DNA of 64,000 nucleotides from Raillietiella orientalis (lineage: Eukaryota): positions 3,782,001 to 3,846,000 of the forward strand of contig JAYWIR010000015.1 in assembly GCA_036172245.1 (NCBI GenBank), read 5' to 3'. A program made the position numbers and the translations under genes. Of this stretch, positions 12,999-25,190 are shown piece after piece (positions within the stretch are counted from its first letter, which is position 1; each line of letters opens with the position of its first letter). The notes beneath the pieces are model-generated. The model made no database searches. It worked only from the letters and a program-made list of their open reading frames with translations, and was not told where the DNA came from.

Positions 12999-13623
12999 CG
13001 ACATCGAGAATGCGGGGTGTGTATTTGTGGGTTTCCAGTTCCCTACCTTACCGCAGGATGACGCTGGCTGGTCTATCCGGGGGCGGCACTGGCGGATAGC
13101 CGGAGACCCCCGTTGACTGATCCCCGGGATTGGAAGTTGGCCCTCCGCTGTCCTTCCGGGAATCCAGTAGCACTTCGGGGTCCCCCTCCGATTGTGAGAA
13201 TGGAGTCGTCCCTCAAACACCATGGAGCTGGTTGGCACCTCTCCAGAGTGTCAAGAAACGCGCTGCTCCTTTCGGGGAGAGTACTCCAGAGAAATTGGGA
13301 AGCGTCCCTTCGGGATTCTCTTCAGAGGAGGAGGAAACAGGGAGCAGTTCTCCTCGGGGTTCCGCTACGGAGAAGAAATAAGGATCAGTTCCCTCCGGGA
13401 GGTCCCTTCGGAGAGAACAAGGACGAGGGTTCCTTCGGGGTTCCCTCCCGAGAGTAAGAGAGGGAAGGACTCCTTCCTTCGGAGCCCTTCTCGGATTCAT
13501 ATGGTGGTCTCCTTCCTGGGTACCCCCTATCTTGAAGAGTTACACGAGCCCTTTGGGTGAACGGTGCTTCAAGATCTTCGTGAGCCTCCCTCTTGAGTAC
13601 TTAGTGAACCAAAAAAGCGAAAT
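12999..13623 (+). mobile_element. SINE-like repeat, copy 2 (5'-truncated, A-rich tail)
   Basis: Lacks the tRNA head; has core CCGCAGGATGACGCTGG, CTCTCCAGAGTGTCAAGAAACGCGCTGCTCC, internal repeats, CCCCCTATCTTGAAGAGTTACACG, and ends GAACCAAAAAAGCGAAA. Confidence 0.85.
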
Positions 13624-14249
13624 CCCAGGAGAAAAAAAAAGCTGGAAGAGAAGCAGCTGCGACAGAAGGACTCAGGAGGATGTCCTTCGAAGAGATGTTT
13701 CTCCAGGTCTCCTCGCTGCAGCGCATAAGTTGTAGCGATCGCACCAGAATGGACGAACAGCGCGGCCTCCATTCCAGCCAACCATTCGCAATCTCCTTGG
13801 CTCTCACGGGAGGCGCTATCAAATGGACCAAACTGCAACGTGAAGCACAAGAAAGCCTCAGGTCATTCAGAGCAGCCGGAAACCAGCAGCAAGGACACGC
13901 GCCACCCTTCCGTTCCCGCCCGACGTGGGCGCTCAGGAATTGCGCCTACCAGCGTGAGGCCAGACCATCTCACCTATCGACCCCTGCTCTTCCTTATTTT
14001 GCTCCCTCCCTGGCCCTGTCCTCAAAGCGGTTTAGTGTCCCGGGTTCCTATGCGCTCCTACCTGGGTTCCGTCGGCAGGAGAATCCCGTCACCCGTTGTG
14101 AGGCAGGTTCGACCCCTCCTCCTGCACTTTCATTGGCCAAGTTCTCAATTGACACAGTCGAAGGAAACATCCCATTCGAGGTTTCCTGGTAGAGGGTTTC
14201 CTCCGGGGCTCGAACCCGGTTTGATGAGTTCGATGCCAGCAACCTCGGT

Positions 14250-14650
14250 GCTGGCACTCCAGTCGCGCACCACGCTGCAGAGAGGACCGCATCCCACGGC
14301 TGCAGCAGCTGCAACAACGCGACCGCGGAGACGGGCGGTAAAGCCCATCCCGAGGGAGGAAACGATGAGGCAAGCCTCCGGGATGTGCGCAAGCACCGCA
14401 GTAGGGAAAGTCCGCGAAGCGCAGCGGAGAGTGCAGCAATCCAGGTCGTCCTCGCACCCCTTTGCTTGGCGCGGTTCGGGAGATGCTCGCCCCTCCTTCT
14501 CCATTCGAGTTATCAAAGCCTGACTCACGTGACCCGACCGCTGGGGTGCAGAACGAGACTCCGCGTTGGATGCTCAGGCACAGGTCGGATGACTTAACGG
14601 GTGTCCACGTAGCACCTCTGCCGGAAGCGAGATGCAAGGAAGTGGAGAGG
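14250..14650 (-). mobile_element. Decayed I/R1-type LINE C-terminal CCHC region
   Basis: SQALITRME...DDLDCCTLRC...VLAHIPEACL resembles TRxRxGH...CxxC...HxxxxC. Confidence 0.4.
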
Positions 14651-16429
14651 AAGGGAACTCGGACAACCCATCGCATTTGCCTCGGGGTGCCACTCTTCAC
14701 GGAGACATCGAGGGGCCAGGGGGAAAAAGAAAGAAAAAAACCTTCCCGTCGTAGTGCAGCATGGCGGGAGACTGCGTCAAGAGGGCAATTTCGCTCACGC
14801 GGTTTCGTGGGGCTTCGTCATTTACCCATCTTCGACGAGGGATGAAAATCGAAAGGAAAGGTGGGGGGAAGGGGAGGGTGCGTAGCAAGGAGGAGGAGGA
14901 TGACTTCCAGGAAGGACTGCAGAGGGAAGAGGCACGATCCATCGTCCGTCCGGAGGGATTCTGCTACCGTGCAAAACTGCCGCGCATGACGAGGGAGGAA
15001 GTTCCGTTCTCTGAGGTGAACCCGAGAGTAGCAGTGAGTCCCGGGATATCGCGCCAGCCATCTGTCAAGAGAGCGGTCGCATCTCCGCGGGATGGCACGA
15101 GGGCCGCAGGGGAACCCACTGTTCCGAGAGCGGAGTTTTACCGGGAGACGTGGAGCAGATGCGTCCTCTGGGTGGGCAGATGGAGCGGGCCAGGAGCGAC
15201 AAGCTCGGGTGCAGCGTAGGGAGGGATAGCAACGCCACCCAATCCTGGCAGCAGGACCTGCTACGCAGCTGGTGGTGACCGGGAGTGCCAGTGCTGATGG
15301 GCAAAGCCCGAGACCCCGGGGATAGCAGCGCACTGTCCGAACGCAGGACGAATTAGTGAGGCGTAGAGCGCACCAGGAGCCCACTGACAACGCAGGAAGG
15401 AGCTGCTGGAGGCAAAGAGGAGATGTGGGGGAGAGGGGGTTGCACAAACCGGAAAGTGTTGCACGCGGAAGAGGGAATCATCCTTCCCTCTTCCGCGTGT
15501 CAGTAGTGAGCCCATCGCTGCCCAGGGCATGCAAAGCTACAAAAAACCCTGAGAGGAGGGTCGAACGGAGGACCATCAGTCCGAGGAACATGGCAGCAAC
15601 CTGCGGAGACCTCAACACGGAGGGCGTTCAGGCGGATCGGTAAGCAGAGCGTGCAACCATCTTGCGCGGGAGCTGGAACCGAGTTCGGGTTCGTCCTTTT
15701 TTCCCCTGTCCCGACTCCCCCATCACGCCGGGGGGAAGGTTCGGGGGAGCGCGGGTGCGCCCCACAGGCTGCGCCGCCGCCGATCAGACAATGAGGGGAG
15801 AGCGGCCTCTCAGAAGAGGGGGAGGGGAGGGGAAAACCTCCCCCCGGGAGCAGCGCGCTCGCGCCGGCGACGGCGAGGGAGGATGGGAAAGTCCCAACCC
15901 CTAGGAGAAAAGGGGCAGAGACTGCGCGCGGGCGTGGTTGGAGAAATACGTGCTCCGTTCTAGGGTGGCGGAGGTTGCTCCGACGCGAAGAGAGGAAGCG
16001 CGTCAGATCACGTGACCTGCGCCGTCACGCGGGCCCGCGACGGAAGCGGAAAGCCCTTGGAGGTCAGGCGGGCGAGGAGCCAGAGACAGGGCTTCGCCGA
16101 CTCCCGGCGCCGAAGAGCAGCGGCAACAGCCCCGCGCGCGAAAGCGGAGTCCTGGAAAAGACGAGCCAGTCCGGGGCACCTCCCTGAAGTGCAGCGGGGA
16201 GCGGGAGTCAGAAGTCAGCCGGATGGGGCACCGTGAGAACGATCTTTCGAGGAATTTCCGTCAATTTTTTTTGTTTCCTCCCCCGGGAGAACGACTAAGA
16301 TGGGAGGTGTGGTGGAATCTCCCTTGGTGGCACGGGGAAAAAACAGGACGCTCCCGCGGGATTCCGGGGACGAACTGAGGGAGAGCACCCCCGAAAGACG
16401 CGGCGGCGGCAGACGCTTTCCGCGAGACG

Positions 16430-17260
16430 CCATTAAATACTTCCGCATAAACGTGAGATCTCTCGGAAACCCGCTGACGTGCATCCGGAATGAGAAAGCG
16501 CCATCTATCTCATCCCATGAAAGCGTGATGAGGCTTTTTCGCCAAAGGGCGGGGAGATTCGGCAAGCAGCATCCCAAGGAGACCAATCTCCATCCCGAAT
16601 ACCTATGCCAAATGGCTACGCTCCGGCCTAACCGGCTTAACAAGGTGATGGATGATTCCAATACAGGACTGCAGCCGTGTGCCGCGTGCCATGAAGAATC
16701 AATAAAGGCGTTCCCTGAGGAATCCGCAAGGAGTACTATGTGATGTATGGTCACGGCAAACGGCGGGAAACTTGAAGCTGACGTCACTCCACGCCGCCTT
16801 GAACGAGACGGTGGTCTCCTCCCGACGACGTGCAGGGCGCCCGCCACGCTACAGAACTCCTGTTCCCTGAATCCTCTTGGAAAATCGATGCAGAGGAGAT
16901 CAGGGAATGCCACCCCTCCCTTCTTTTTTCTTTTTTGCTCCCCTTCTCGAAGTAAGGCTGGAGGAACTGGGTTTCCGTCAATGGGACTTGGGTGCGAACC
17001 TCGCGGGAGCTCCCTTGTGGCCAGTGCCCTAACAACGGGGATCGACAAGCATAGCATAGGGGGCAAGGATGTGGTCCCTCCCCGTTACAGCTCGGAGGCG
17101 TTAGGAACCCGCGGAATAATCTGTTGCAAGCTCCTCGCGCTGGATCTCCCTTTCCCCCCAGCAGCCACCCGCCGGTCACTTCCAGAGAGGACCAGCCTCT
17201 TCCGACAGGCTGGTCCTTTTTGCGCTGCGTCTCTTACTGCTGGAGCCGAGGTCGGCCGGT
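16430..17260 (+). mobile_element. Decayed apurinic-like endonuclease of an L1/Tx1-type LINE
   Basis: KYFRINVRSLGNP (xxNVRxL), KETNL (LQETH), TGIDK (RIDx), GWSF (GxWxxN) in the expected order. Confidence 0.55.
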
Positions 17261-18400
17261 GCTCTCCTGGATGGGAATCCGAGACTTCCTCCGCACGTGG
17301 AGCAGATGAGAGGAGGGCTACAGGAGGAGCAGAGGGACGTTCCTTGGGATGGCCGTTCCCTCATCAACTGAAACCTTGCGAAACTCTGGAAACGGCCGAC
17401 GATCGAAGGGGCCTCGAGGTGCATCCAAACGGAGACTCTTCGAACTCTCCCGGGGCACGAAGCGACTCCCGGGAAGATGCGGCTTCCCTCTCCAAGGTCA
17501 TGGACGGACGGAGCGAGGGTGGCAGCGCTCAAAGGATTGCAGCAGCTTCCTCCGACTGGAGCGAATGTGCTGTCTTGGGGGAAAGGGGAAGGGGGAAGGA
17601 ACCTTCACCCAAAGGGATCCCCGACCGAGGAAGACCTCCTCCTGACCTCCCACCAGGGGATGACCGCGCCTCCTTCCGTTTCCCGCGCGCCGCGAGCGTA
17701 GGTCCGGTTAGGGCACCTACGGAGCACGGAGAGTCGCGGCAACAGGACTTTCTGAAGACCTCAGAGGCGCTTCGGCGGTTCGCTCCGACCTGGGGAGGCT
17801 TCCTGCAGGAGAGGTCAGGTCCTTCTCTCCCCCCGTCCCCTCTCGCACCTTCTTCCTCTTCCAGTCCGGAGCGCAGGGCCTGAGAATGCTCTTCCTCTCC
17901 TGGCAGTGTCCTCTGCTCTCGTGTCCGTCACGGGCACGCGGACCGCCACCCTCCCTTCGATTTGCGAACGGGCTGTCGCTCCCTATGGGGTCGCGCCGCC
18001 GCGGTGGCGGAGGACGGGGATCATGGCGGTTTGCTCTTCCTTCCCACGTCCGGTCTCTGCAAGAAGTTACGAAGGGGAGCGCGTGCGTTCTGCAAAGAGA
18101 GAGGGAGCACCAGCCTTGCCTCCGCAACCCCGCTGTGGTGAAAGTCCCTTGCTTGGAACGAGGGGATCCGGGAAGCGTGCCGGCGTCTCCCGGCGCGGAC
18201 GTCTAGACGCTCGCTTCTTTGCTTCTGCTGCTGGGGGCCCCATGCGTCCGGTAGCGAGCCGGAACGAACGAAGACGGGAGACCTCGGGAGACACCAAGAA
18301 GGCGACTTCGGAGGAAGTCGGCTGCTGAGTGCTTCGACGGGAGATCCGACCCCGTGACCAGCTCGAACGACCGATTCGCACGTTGTAACCGCCCCTGCTG

Positions 18401-18597
18401 GCCCTTATCGGAGGCCACGTGGTTACTCTCTCCGCGCGTGGCACCACCAGGCGTCGCGGAGGATTCGAATACTCGGCAAGGATCGACGCCGAGAGTTTGT
18501 GCGCGTCGTGGGTTCGAGTTTCTCCCGCGAGATGACGCTGGCTGGCCTGCATTCGGGTGTGGCGCCGGTAGCGGTTCAAACCGGATACCCCCGATGA
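18401..18597 (+). mobile_element. SINE-like repeat, copy 3 (head plus start of core only)
   Basis: GTGGTTA...GCGCGTGGCACC...GATTCGAAT...GGATCGACGCCGAGA...GTCGTGGGTTCGAGT...GATGACGCTGGCTGGCC matches the 5' ~200 nt of the other copies. Confidence 0.75.
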
Positions 18598-19599
18598 GGG
18601 TCTGAACAGTGGGCTTTCCTCCGGCTTCGTTCTGGCCTGATCTGGGTCACCACCCTCCGCATCCGCAGAGGCATGCAAATGTGCTTAGGGAACGTTCGGC
18701 ACGGGAGCCCGGGGAAACCGAGGACAACCTGAGCAACCTCTCACGTGTCTTCCTCTGAGCCGATTCCAGCCAGCCGGAAGGTTTCGCCAGTCCTACCCGG
18801 TCCCCGAGTGTTTCCGCCTTCACTCGAGCTCACTTCCCCTCCGCCCCTTCCCTACTGAAGGGGGGGACCATCGTACTCTACTGTGACGTAGAAGCCCGTC
18901 AGGCGTTCGGTAACTGGGCACACCACTAGACTTCTTTTCCTCTTCGCGACGGTCCTGCGCAGTGGCCCATCGCTAGTTCCCGGACGGAAGCCAAGGTCGA
19001 AACTGGGGTCCTCACTCTCGACCCGTTGCTCGATGGCGGGTTCGTCTTGCCGGAACGGGCCTCCACCTGGAGCATTTTCGTCGCCGCCCCCTCCTCTGCC
19101 CTTTGTCTTTTGCTTGCCCGCTTCCTCACTAGGCGAAGACCCGGGCGCAGCGTGTCCTTCGAAAAGTCCTGTGGATCGCCGCAGTATCCCGGATCCTGAT
19201 GGCCTTGGAGCCAGGATGCCGACATGGCAATTTTGCCCCTCCACAAAGTCGGACTGCAAATGCAGTTCCCACTTTTGGCGCTCCGCGAGAAATTTGATGT
19301 GTTCCGGCGCGCCTCATCCTCCGAAGATGCGCCGGCAACGAAGGACTCCTCTCACTACTGCCGCGTACCCGTCATAGGATGAGTGGATTCGGTTACCCCT
19401 GAGGCAACTGTCCTCATTGTTGGAATCCCACCCTTGGATCTCCTGTCGCTCTCCAAAACTGGAACGCCTGGCGGCAGGAGGGACTGGATTCTTGGGTTGC
19501 CACTTTGGAAGTGCGTCCAGAGGTCCTCACTGCAGAATTTCCAATGCGAACCCCTGGAGGAATCCTGCAGGACTAGACGCAGTGGGCCCTGATAGCCGT

Positions 19600-20320
19600 C
19601 TCACCCTTGCCGCTGAGCTGTCTGCCCTCAGGACAAACGATGGCAGCGGCCAGCCGGCGGGGGCGGGAGTTTCCCTGCACAATCGCAGGAGTCGAGAAGC
19701 TCTTCGACGGCCGTAAGACGATCAGGCGGTCCGCCACTCCTCGCTTCCGGGCGGAAGGGAACTCCATCGGCGGGATGATCTGCTTGCTGCGCCCCTCGAA
19801 GAAACTCGTGCGGACACTTCCGTGTTCCCTATGCGGTGAAAACGGGACGTTCTGCTGTTTCCTGCACTGGGGATTCCTGTGCAGCGAGCGCAGACACCTG
19901 GTTTCCGAGGGAGTCGCTTCTCGGAAGTGCCCCGGATGCGGGACCACCGAATCTTGATGGGCTGCGGTGCCCTCGCGTGCGTGAGGCGGAGACGCGACTG
20001 GGCGGTCCGCCACACGGAGGGCGGGCACCGCCAAGGACTTGCTGCGGGTATCTTTCGCGGAAGGCGGGGTGACGGCGGGCGCCGTGACCTGCTGCCTCCG
20101 CGCCGTCTGCGCAGCCCGTTCCGTTCTCTCGTTCCCAGCGAAGGGAGGCCACCGGAATGGCAGCCGCCTTGGCTGCGAGGTGGCTCCGCCTGCGAAAAGA
20201 AGTCTCCGGATAGATCGTCAGCATTCAGCGACAGCTGTAGGCAGAGAGGTGCAGTTATACCAAAGACCTTTCCTCGTCCCTATCCTCCCGTCTTCTTTCC
20301 CCCCTTTATTTACCGTCTCC
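19600..20320 (+). mobile_element. LINE 3' fragment, L1/Tx1-type (family B copy 2)
   Basis: FLHWGFLCSERRHLVSEGVASRKCPGCGTTES and QRREATGMAAALAARW; nucleotide match of 20136-20170 to the reverse complement of ~10186-10220. Confidence 0.65.
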
Positions 20321-22499
20321 CACCCTCGTTCCGGGTTCCCTTAGCAGCCGGCCTGCGAGCTGGTGCTGATTCCCCCTCCCTCACTTGAGCTTCCCTCTGA
20401 CTTGTGGTTTCTTTCACTGAAATGACCGCGTGACTGGACGCGCTGATCTTCCCTGCCTTCAACTCGTTTCGTCTTTTACAGTTCGAGGTTTTCGTCAAAT
20501 CCGTACGTGACGAACGTGACCACCGCTGTTTCTAGAAATTTTTCGAAGCGCGGGTCAAAGGACAAACCTGGTTGCCGACCTGCGAGCCCACTTACGATTC
20601 AACCAGCAAGGAACCTTTCTTTTGGGAGGAGTCCTGGAGAGTAGAAAACCACCGTTTGCTTCGATGACCCGATTCCCCCCTTCCCCCACGCGCGCGAAAT
20701 GCGTCGGCGGCGCTGGAATTTCCCGATCCATTGGTTTCCAGCTGCATCACACTGAAGATTCCAAAACTTGGTCGGAAGATGCAATCAGCTCGCTTTAATT
20801 CGATTTCGCAACGTGCCTACGACAGATCAAAATCTAAAAGAGATGAAATTGTAGAAAAGTGGAGAGCATCTTCCGCAAGTGTATGTGTTTCGTAGTTGGA
20901 TCAATGACGTTGTAGTGTTTGTTACAAGACGGAAATCGAATTTTTTTTTCCTTTTCGTTTTTATGGAAGGAGCCGGAATGGAAAAGTTTTTCCCTGGAAC
21001 TTTTGGGCCTTGCGGCCGAGAGCTTCATTCGCTTTGGGAGGGGAAGGGAGGGGGGATGCTTTGCTGGCTCATCTCCCTGTGCAGCTGCGTTCCCAAAACT
21101 GAACTCTGCGTCTACTGAGAGCCCTTGTTAAAGTTGGCTGCCGTGTTCCCCGGCGTAATTTGCGTCCGCATCGTGTTCAGTGCATTTCCCGCGCCACGGA
21201 AGTGTTCCAGCATTCCTTTGGCCAACGAAAGCATTTGTTTACGTCCTCGTTTCGGTGATTTGCGCCGCTTCCCACTTATCCTCGGCGCAAATTGGGGTTC
21301 GTATGGCACTCCCGTTGCTGCTCTCCCTCAAAACGCGGTTCAACGTTGGCAATTTACTTCTGCCGGACGAAAGAGCTGCTCCTCCACCTTTCCTCTGCGA
21401 CTCCTATTGCGCGGAATCCGCTCCCCTTCTTGTCGGGTGGCGCTGCCCCCTCTTCGGGCGCTCCGCGGCGTGTTCCATGCTCATCCTTCCATTTGCGGAA
21501 GAAGCTCGAGACGGGAACGAAGAAAATTCTGGAAACACCACCAACGTAATGTGTCGACGCAACGCTTCACTGCCAAACGAAACTTGCTATCGGCCTACGA
21601 AATCCGTGGGAGCGCGCGTCGCGAAAGACATCCGGGAAGAAGCGAACCCTATTGCAAACAGCAATGTACGCATTTTTACCAGGAGGAAGGAAGCTGGAGG
21701 AACGCTAACAAATCGAAAAAAAGAAGAAAACGAAAAAAGCAGCCCGGGAGAGGCTTTTTGCCCAGGAAAGGGGTGCCGAGATAAAGGTAATCGCAATGCA
21801 AACTTCCATGGTTTCCGAAAGATCAGTTTCCTATCCGGAAGAACCACTCGAAGTTTCTCGAGACCGATGCGCAACACGGTGCGCATCACGAGAAAGTTGG
21901 AAAAGGGCTTTTTGATGGGCAGCTGAGGTCGAACCTCTGGGGGCAGCATCTTCGATTCCTATCGCGCAAACTTTCGAGTTCCCGTGCAAACAAACGAAGA
22001 AGAAGAAAAAAGCTCCGCGAAGGTTCCCGCGCAGTATCGGATAGCCGCCGCAAACATCCGGAAGGAAGTGCTTTCTGTAGCGAGTTTGCTCAAGCCACTA
22101 TCGCTGCGGAATTCCGGGATGATCCTCTCATCCCACTGGCATCGACGCGGGTCATCGCTTAGGGAAGAACCACGTTCGTCCTCGTATTTCAACTCGAGCT
22201 CTGGAATGCTCTTTCCCGCTCATTTTTTTTTTTTTTTTTTTGCCTTTTCGACTGGGGAACATTTCCGCACTTGGAATTTTGCAAAAAAATTGCTCCGAGT
22301 CTCCCCCCCTCCCTTCACCCCCCAACTCTTATCTCTCTCTCTCTCTTTCTCGGGAAGGAAAATCGCCGTATTTTCGCTTCGTACGCCTTTGACATCCTCC
22401 AAATGAATTCGAAATTTACAGGCTCTTATACCTCGAGGCGCTAGCCACGAAGTATTTTGATTCGAATCATTATGGCCTCATCTGATCTTTATCACTCCT

Positions 22500-23420
22500 G
22501 GAAGATGACTCTTGCAAGAATAGGAGGAAGGGAGCTCCACTGCTGCATCCACTTAAGATAGGAGATACGATGCGAAGTATTTTCCAGAAATATTTGGATG
22601 AAAAGCGACGGATAATAAAAATTACTGATTGTGCTCCCTTGCTTCATTCCCAAATAGAAGTGGGAACACCAATCTCTTCTAACGAGGGAGCAGAACTTTT
22701 AAAAAGGTCGGTTCTTCCTCTTCCGCTTCTTGCGCAGCTAGGTGCGTGCACCAAGAAGTCCAGCAAGTGGAAGGACGAGCTGCTGGGACAGCAGGACGGG
22801 CTGCCACGAAGCCTCTCCTCCATTTCTTCAAGGAAATCCGTTGCAGCTTTTCTTAAACCACAAATTTTCAGGGATTCGTTAGCCTAGTGGGGAAGACATC
22901 AGGGCTGTTTCCAGTGTTCCCCTTGTCCCGGAGCCTTTTCGGGCGGAGCCGAAGTAGAAAATGAACCTTGTGGGGAGAGCCCTTCCCCCAGAGGATCAGA
23001 AGCAATTGTGCATCCTGCTTCTGTGATCCTCGGAGTGAACCGCCGCCGCATTACTGCGGGTTATACCACTGCTGCAGAAGAAGGGTTGAAACGATACGGC
23101 AAGATTCGCTCGCACCTCGATGGCCTGAATCTCTCGGACCGCTTCAGATACGTGTAAATCACGCGGTGATCGCCCCACATCCATCCTAATGTTCAGGCGC
23201 GACGTCTCGTGGCTGTTGGCAATTTTTTCATGTTAAAGAGATCCCCCGGAGAAAGGTGTTCTCATTCATTCGTGACTGCATGGAGACTGTCGAGGCTTCT
23301 CTCCACAAACAGCCTAGATCAAGGGCTTAGTGCTGGGCAGAACTTTCGAATGCATGTCCGACGAGGGTGTTTGGGAAAAGGAAACGTCCGCTCTAATCAA
23401 TGGGTATATACTTTCCAGCC
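22500..23420 (+). mobile_element. Decayed Ty3/Gypsy integrase region
   Basis: ELLKRSVLPLPLL (GxRVVIP), CPGAFSG (GPFxG), VNHAVIAP / HPNVQARRLV (HxxxAPYHPxSNGxAERxV), LSRLL in order. Confidence 0.5.
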
Positions 23421-25190
23421 GCGAGGAAGATTTGAGCTCCTCATCAGCTGATGAACCTTTAATAATCGAAAACAAATCGCGGGGGGGGCCATCATCGCAA
23501 CAAGCACAGGGAAAGCGCACATGGATGCGGAGCTGACAGATTTGGTTCCTTCCGTCTGCGGGAGCAGGTTCTCAAGGGGAGGAACCCGCTGATCCCAGAC
23601 CTGCAAATCCTTATGTAAAAATGCTTCCCCGATTTCGTCCCCTTCACGTGTTATCGAAAGCGGGCTGCAAAAGCGAACACGGTGGAGCAGCAAAAAAAAC
23701 AAAACCGTTACAAAGCTGCCTCGCGAGCACGGGGAGCACGCAGCCGTGATTTGCGTTCCCGTCGGTTCCTTTCTTCCTCTCCTTCCTCTTCCCTCTTTTT
23801 TCCCCTCCCCCTCTTCTTGGTTTTGAAAAAATGCGAAGGTAGAGATGGGTTCTGACGAACGGGGGAGGAAAACCTGGTGCACAACGACCGTTCCGGTAGC
23901 CCCAGTGAGAAAGCAGCAACATGCTGAGAATCCACGCAGATCTGTGTGCTTCCGAAGAGAAATTGCACGGTAACAAGTTATGCTAATAATATACTTTATT
24001 CCAGGTACAATGCAAACAGCACAATCTCCATGGTGACAGGAACGAGTTTTGATATAATGACATGCTTATTCGAAGGGAAAGAAGGCAGAGCCATCTATCG
24101 GAAAATCGCAACTCCACGGAGCCGCGGTGTTTCACGCCTCGGCGGGGGGGGGGGGAGGGGGGAGGGATACCGACCCTGTGACACGCCCTCGAAGGAAGTT
24201 GGGGAGAGGGGGGACACCTTTTCGTCACGAACGCGTGTGCCGCTTGCGGAGGGCGCTCGCCCCTGCTCGTGGGGATGGCGACGCCGTCCGCCACAGGGGC
24301 GATCCCTCATTCCGACTTTGTGGAGCGAAGACGCGCCGGGGAGCGGCTCGGATTTCCTGCAGAAGAGAGGGGCGACGCGGGCCATACTGCACTCGAGGAA
24401 GAGGGCCAACCTTTTTTCCCTGCCCTGGTCTCTACAGGATCCCTGCTCGTGTATAGCCTGAGGGCGGACCGCCGCAGCTTCGAGAGCGTCCAAGTCCCGG
24501 AGCGAGGCATCGTGATGGCAACCTCCTCTTTCAGAGGCGGATTCTTCCTGTGCACCACGTGGCGCTGTTCCAGTGAAAGGCGGACCAGGGCTTCGACCGC
24601 GATTAGGACATCGTGGAAGCAGCGGTCCATCTCCCCTTCCGCTGGTGGGGTCGTCCCGCTGACGAGCACTCCGGGCACAGGGCATTCCGATCCGTCGTCT
24701 TCTGAAGCGTTGCCAAGAGACGCGCGCGCGGAGACTCCTCCGTGCGTCGTCCCCACCCACGGGCCATACCGGTCGACAGGAAGACGCTGTCTTCCCGGTG
24801 AAAGCAGCCGGTTGACAGGGTGGACGGAGGTGTGCTCAGTGCCGCGCGATCTTCGTCGGGACGAAACGCTCCTGCCTCAACGAAGCTGGAGATAGGGAGG
24901 TGGATCATAGGAGGCAAGGTGTCCGTCGCCCCGCTCCTGAAGTGGCTGCCTCCCTGCTTCCTCACTGAGGGGCACACTCCGTCACCGCGAACGAACCCGT
25001 AGGACCTATGCATGCAGGAGAAGGGCGAAGAGGCTCGCCCATCCTGTCTTTCTCCTTCCTCCCCCCCTCTTCCCTATCTCAGGTGGGTGCTCCCTTGCAG
25101 CCGCCGCCCTTGCAGATGCTCTGCGGCGGACACTCTCGGTCTGCCGCCGTGGCCAGAGGGAAGAGGGTTGACACCCGGTTGCTACGGGGC

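Noticed and set aside
13040..13150. Hammerhead ribozyme (retrozyme) in the repeat core, CAGGATGACG...GAAAC
   Set aside because: The invariant CUGANGA box is absent (GGAUGA in all copies) and the stems could not be built.
13130..13381. Recurrent peptide PLQSVKKRAAPF...SGFSSEEE in several ORFs, suggesting a gene family
   Set aside because: It is the same SINE segment translated in different copies; the frame is not conserved between copies.
13304..13500. CRISPR-like periodicity of the ~41-bp units
   Set aside because: Units are degenerate along their whole length with no unique spacers, there are no cas genes, and the context is eukaryotic.
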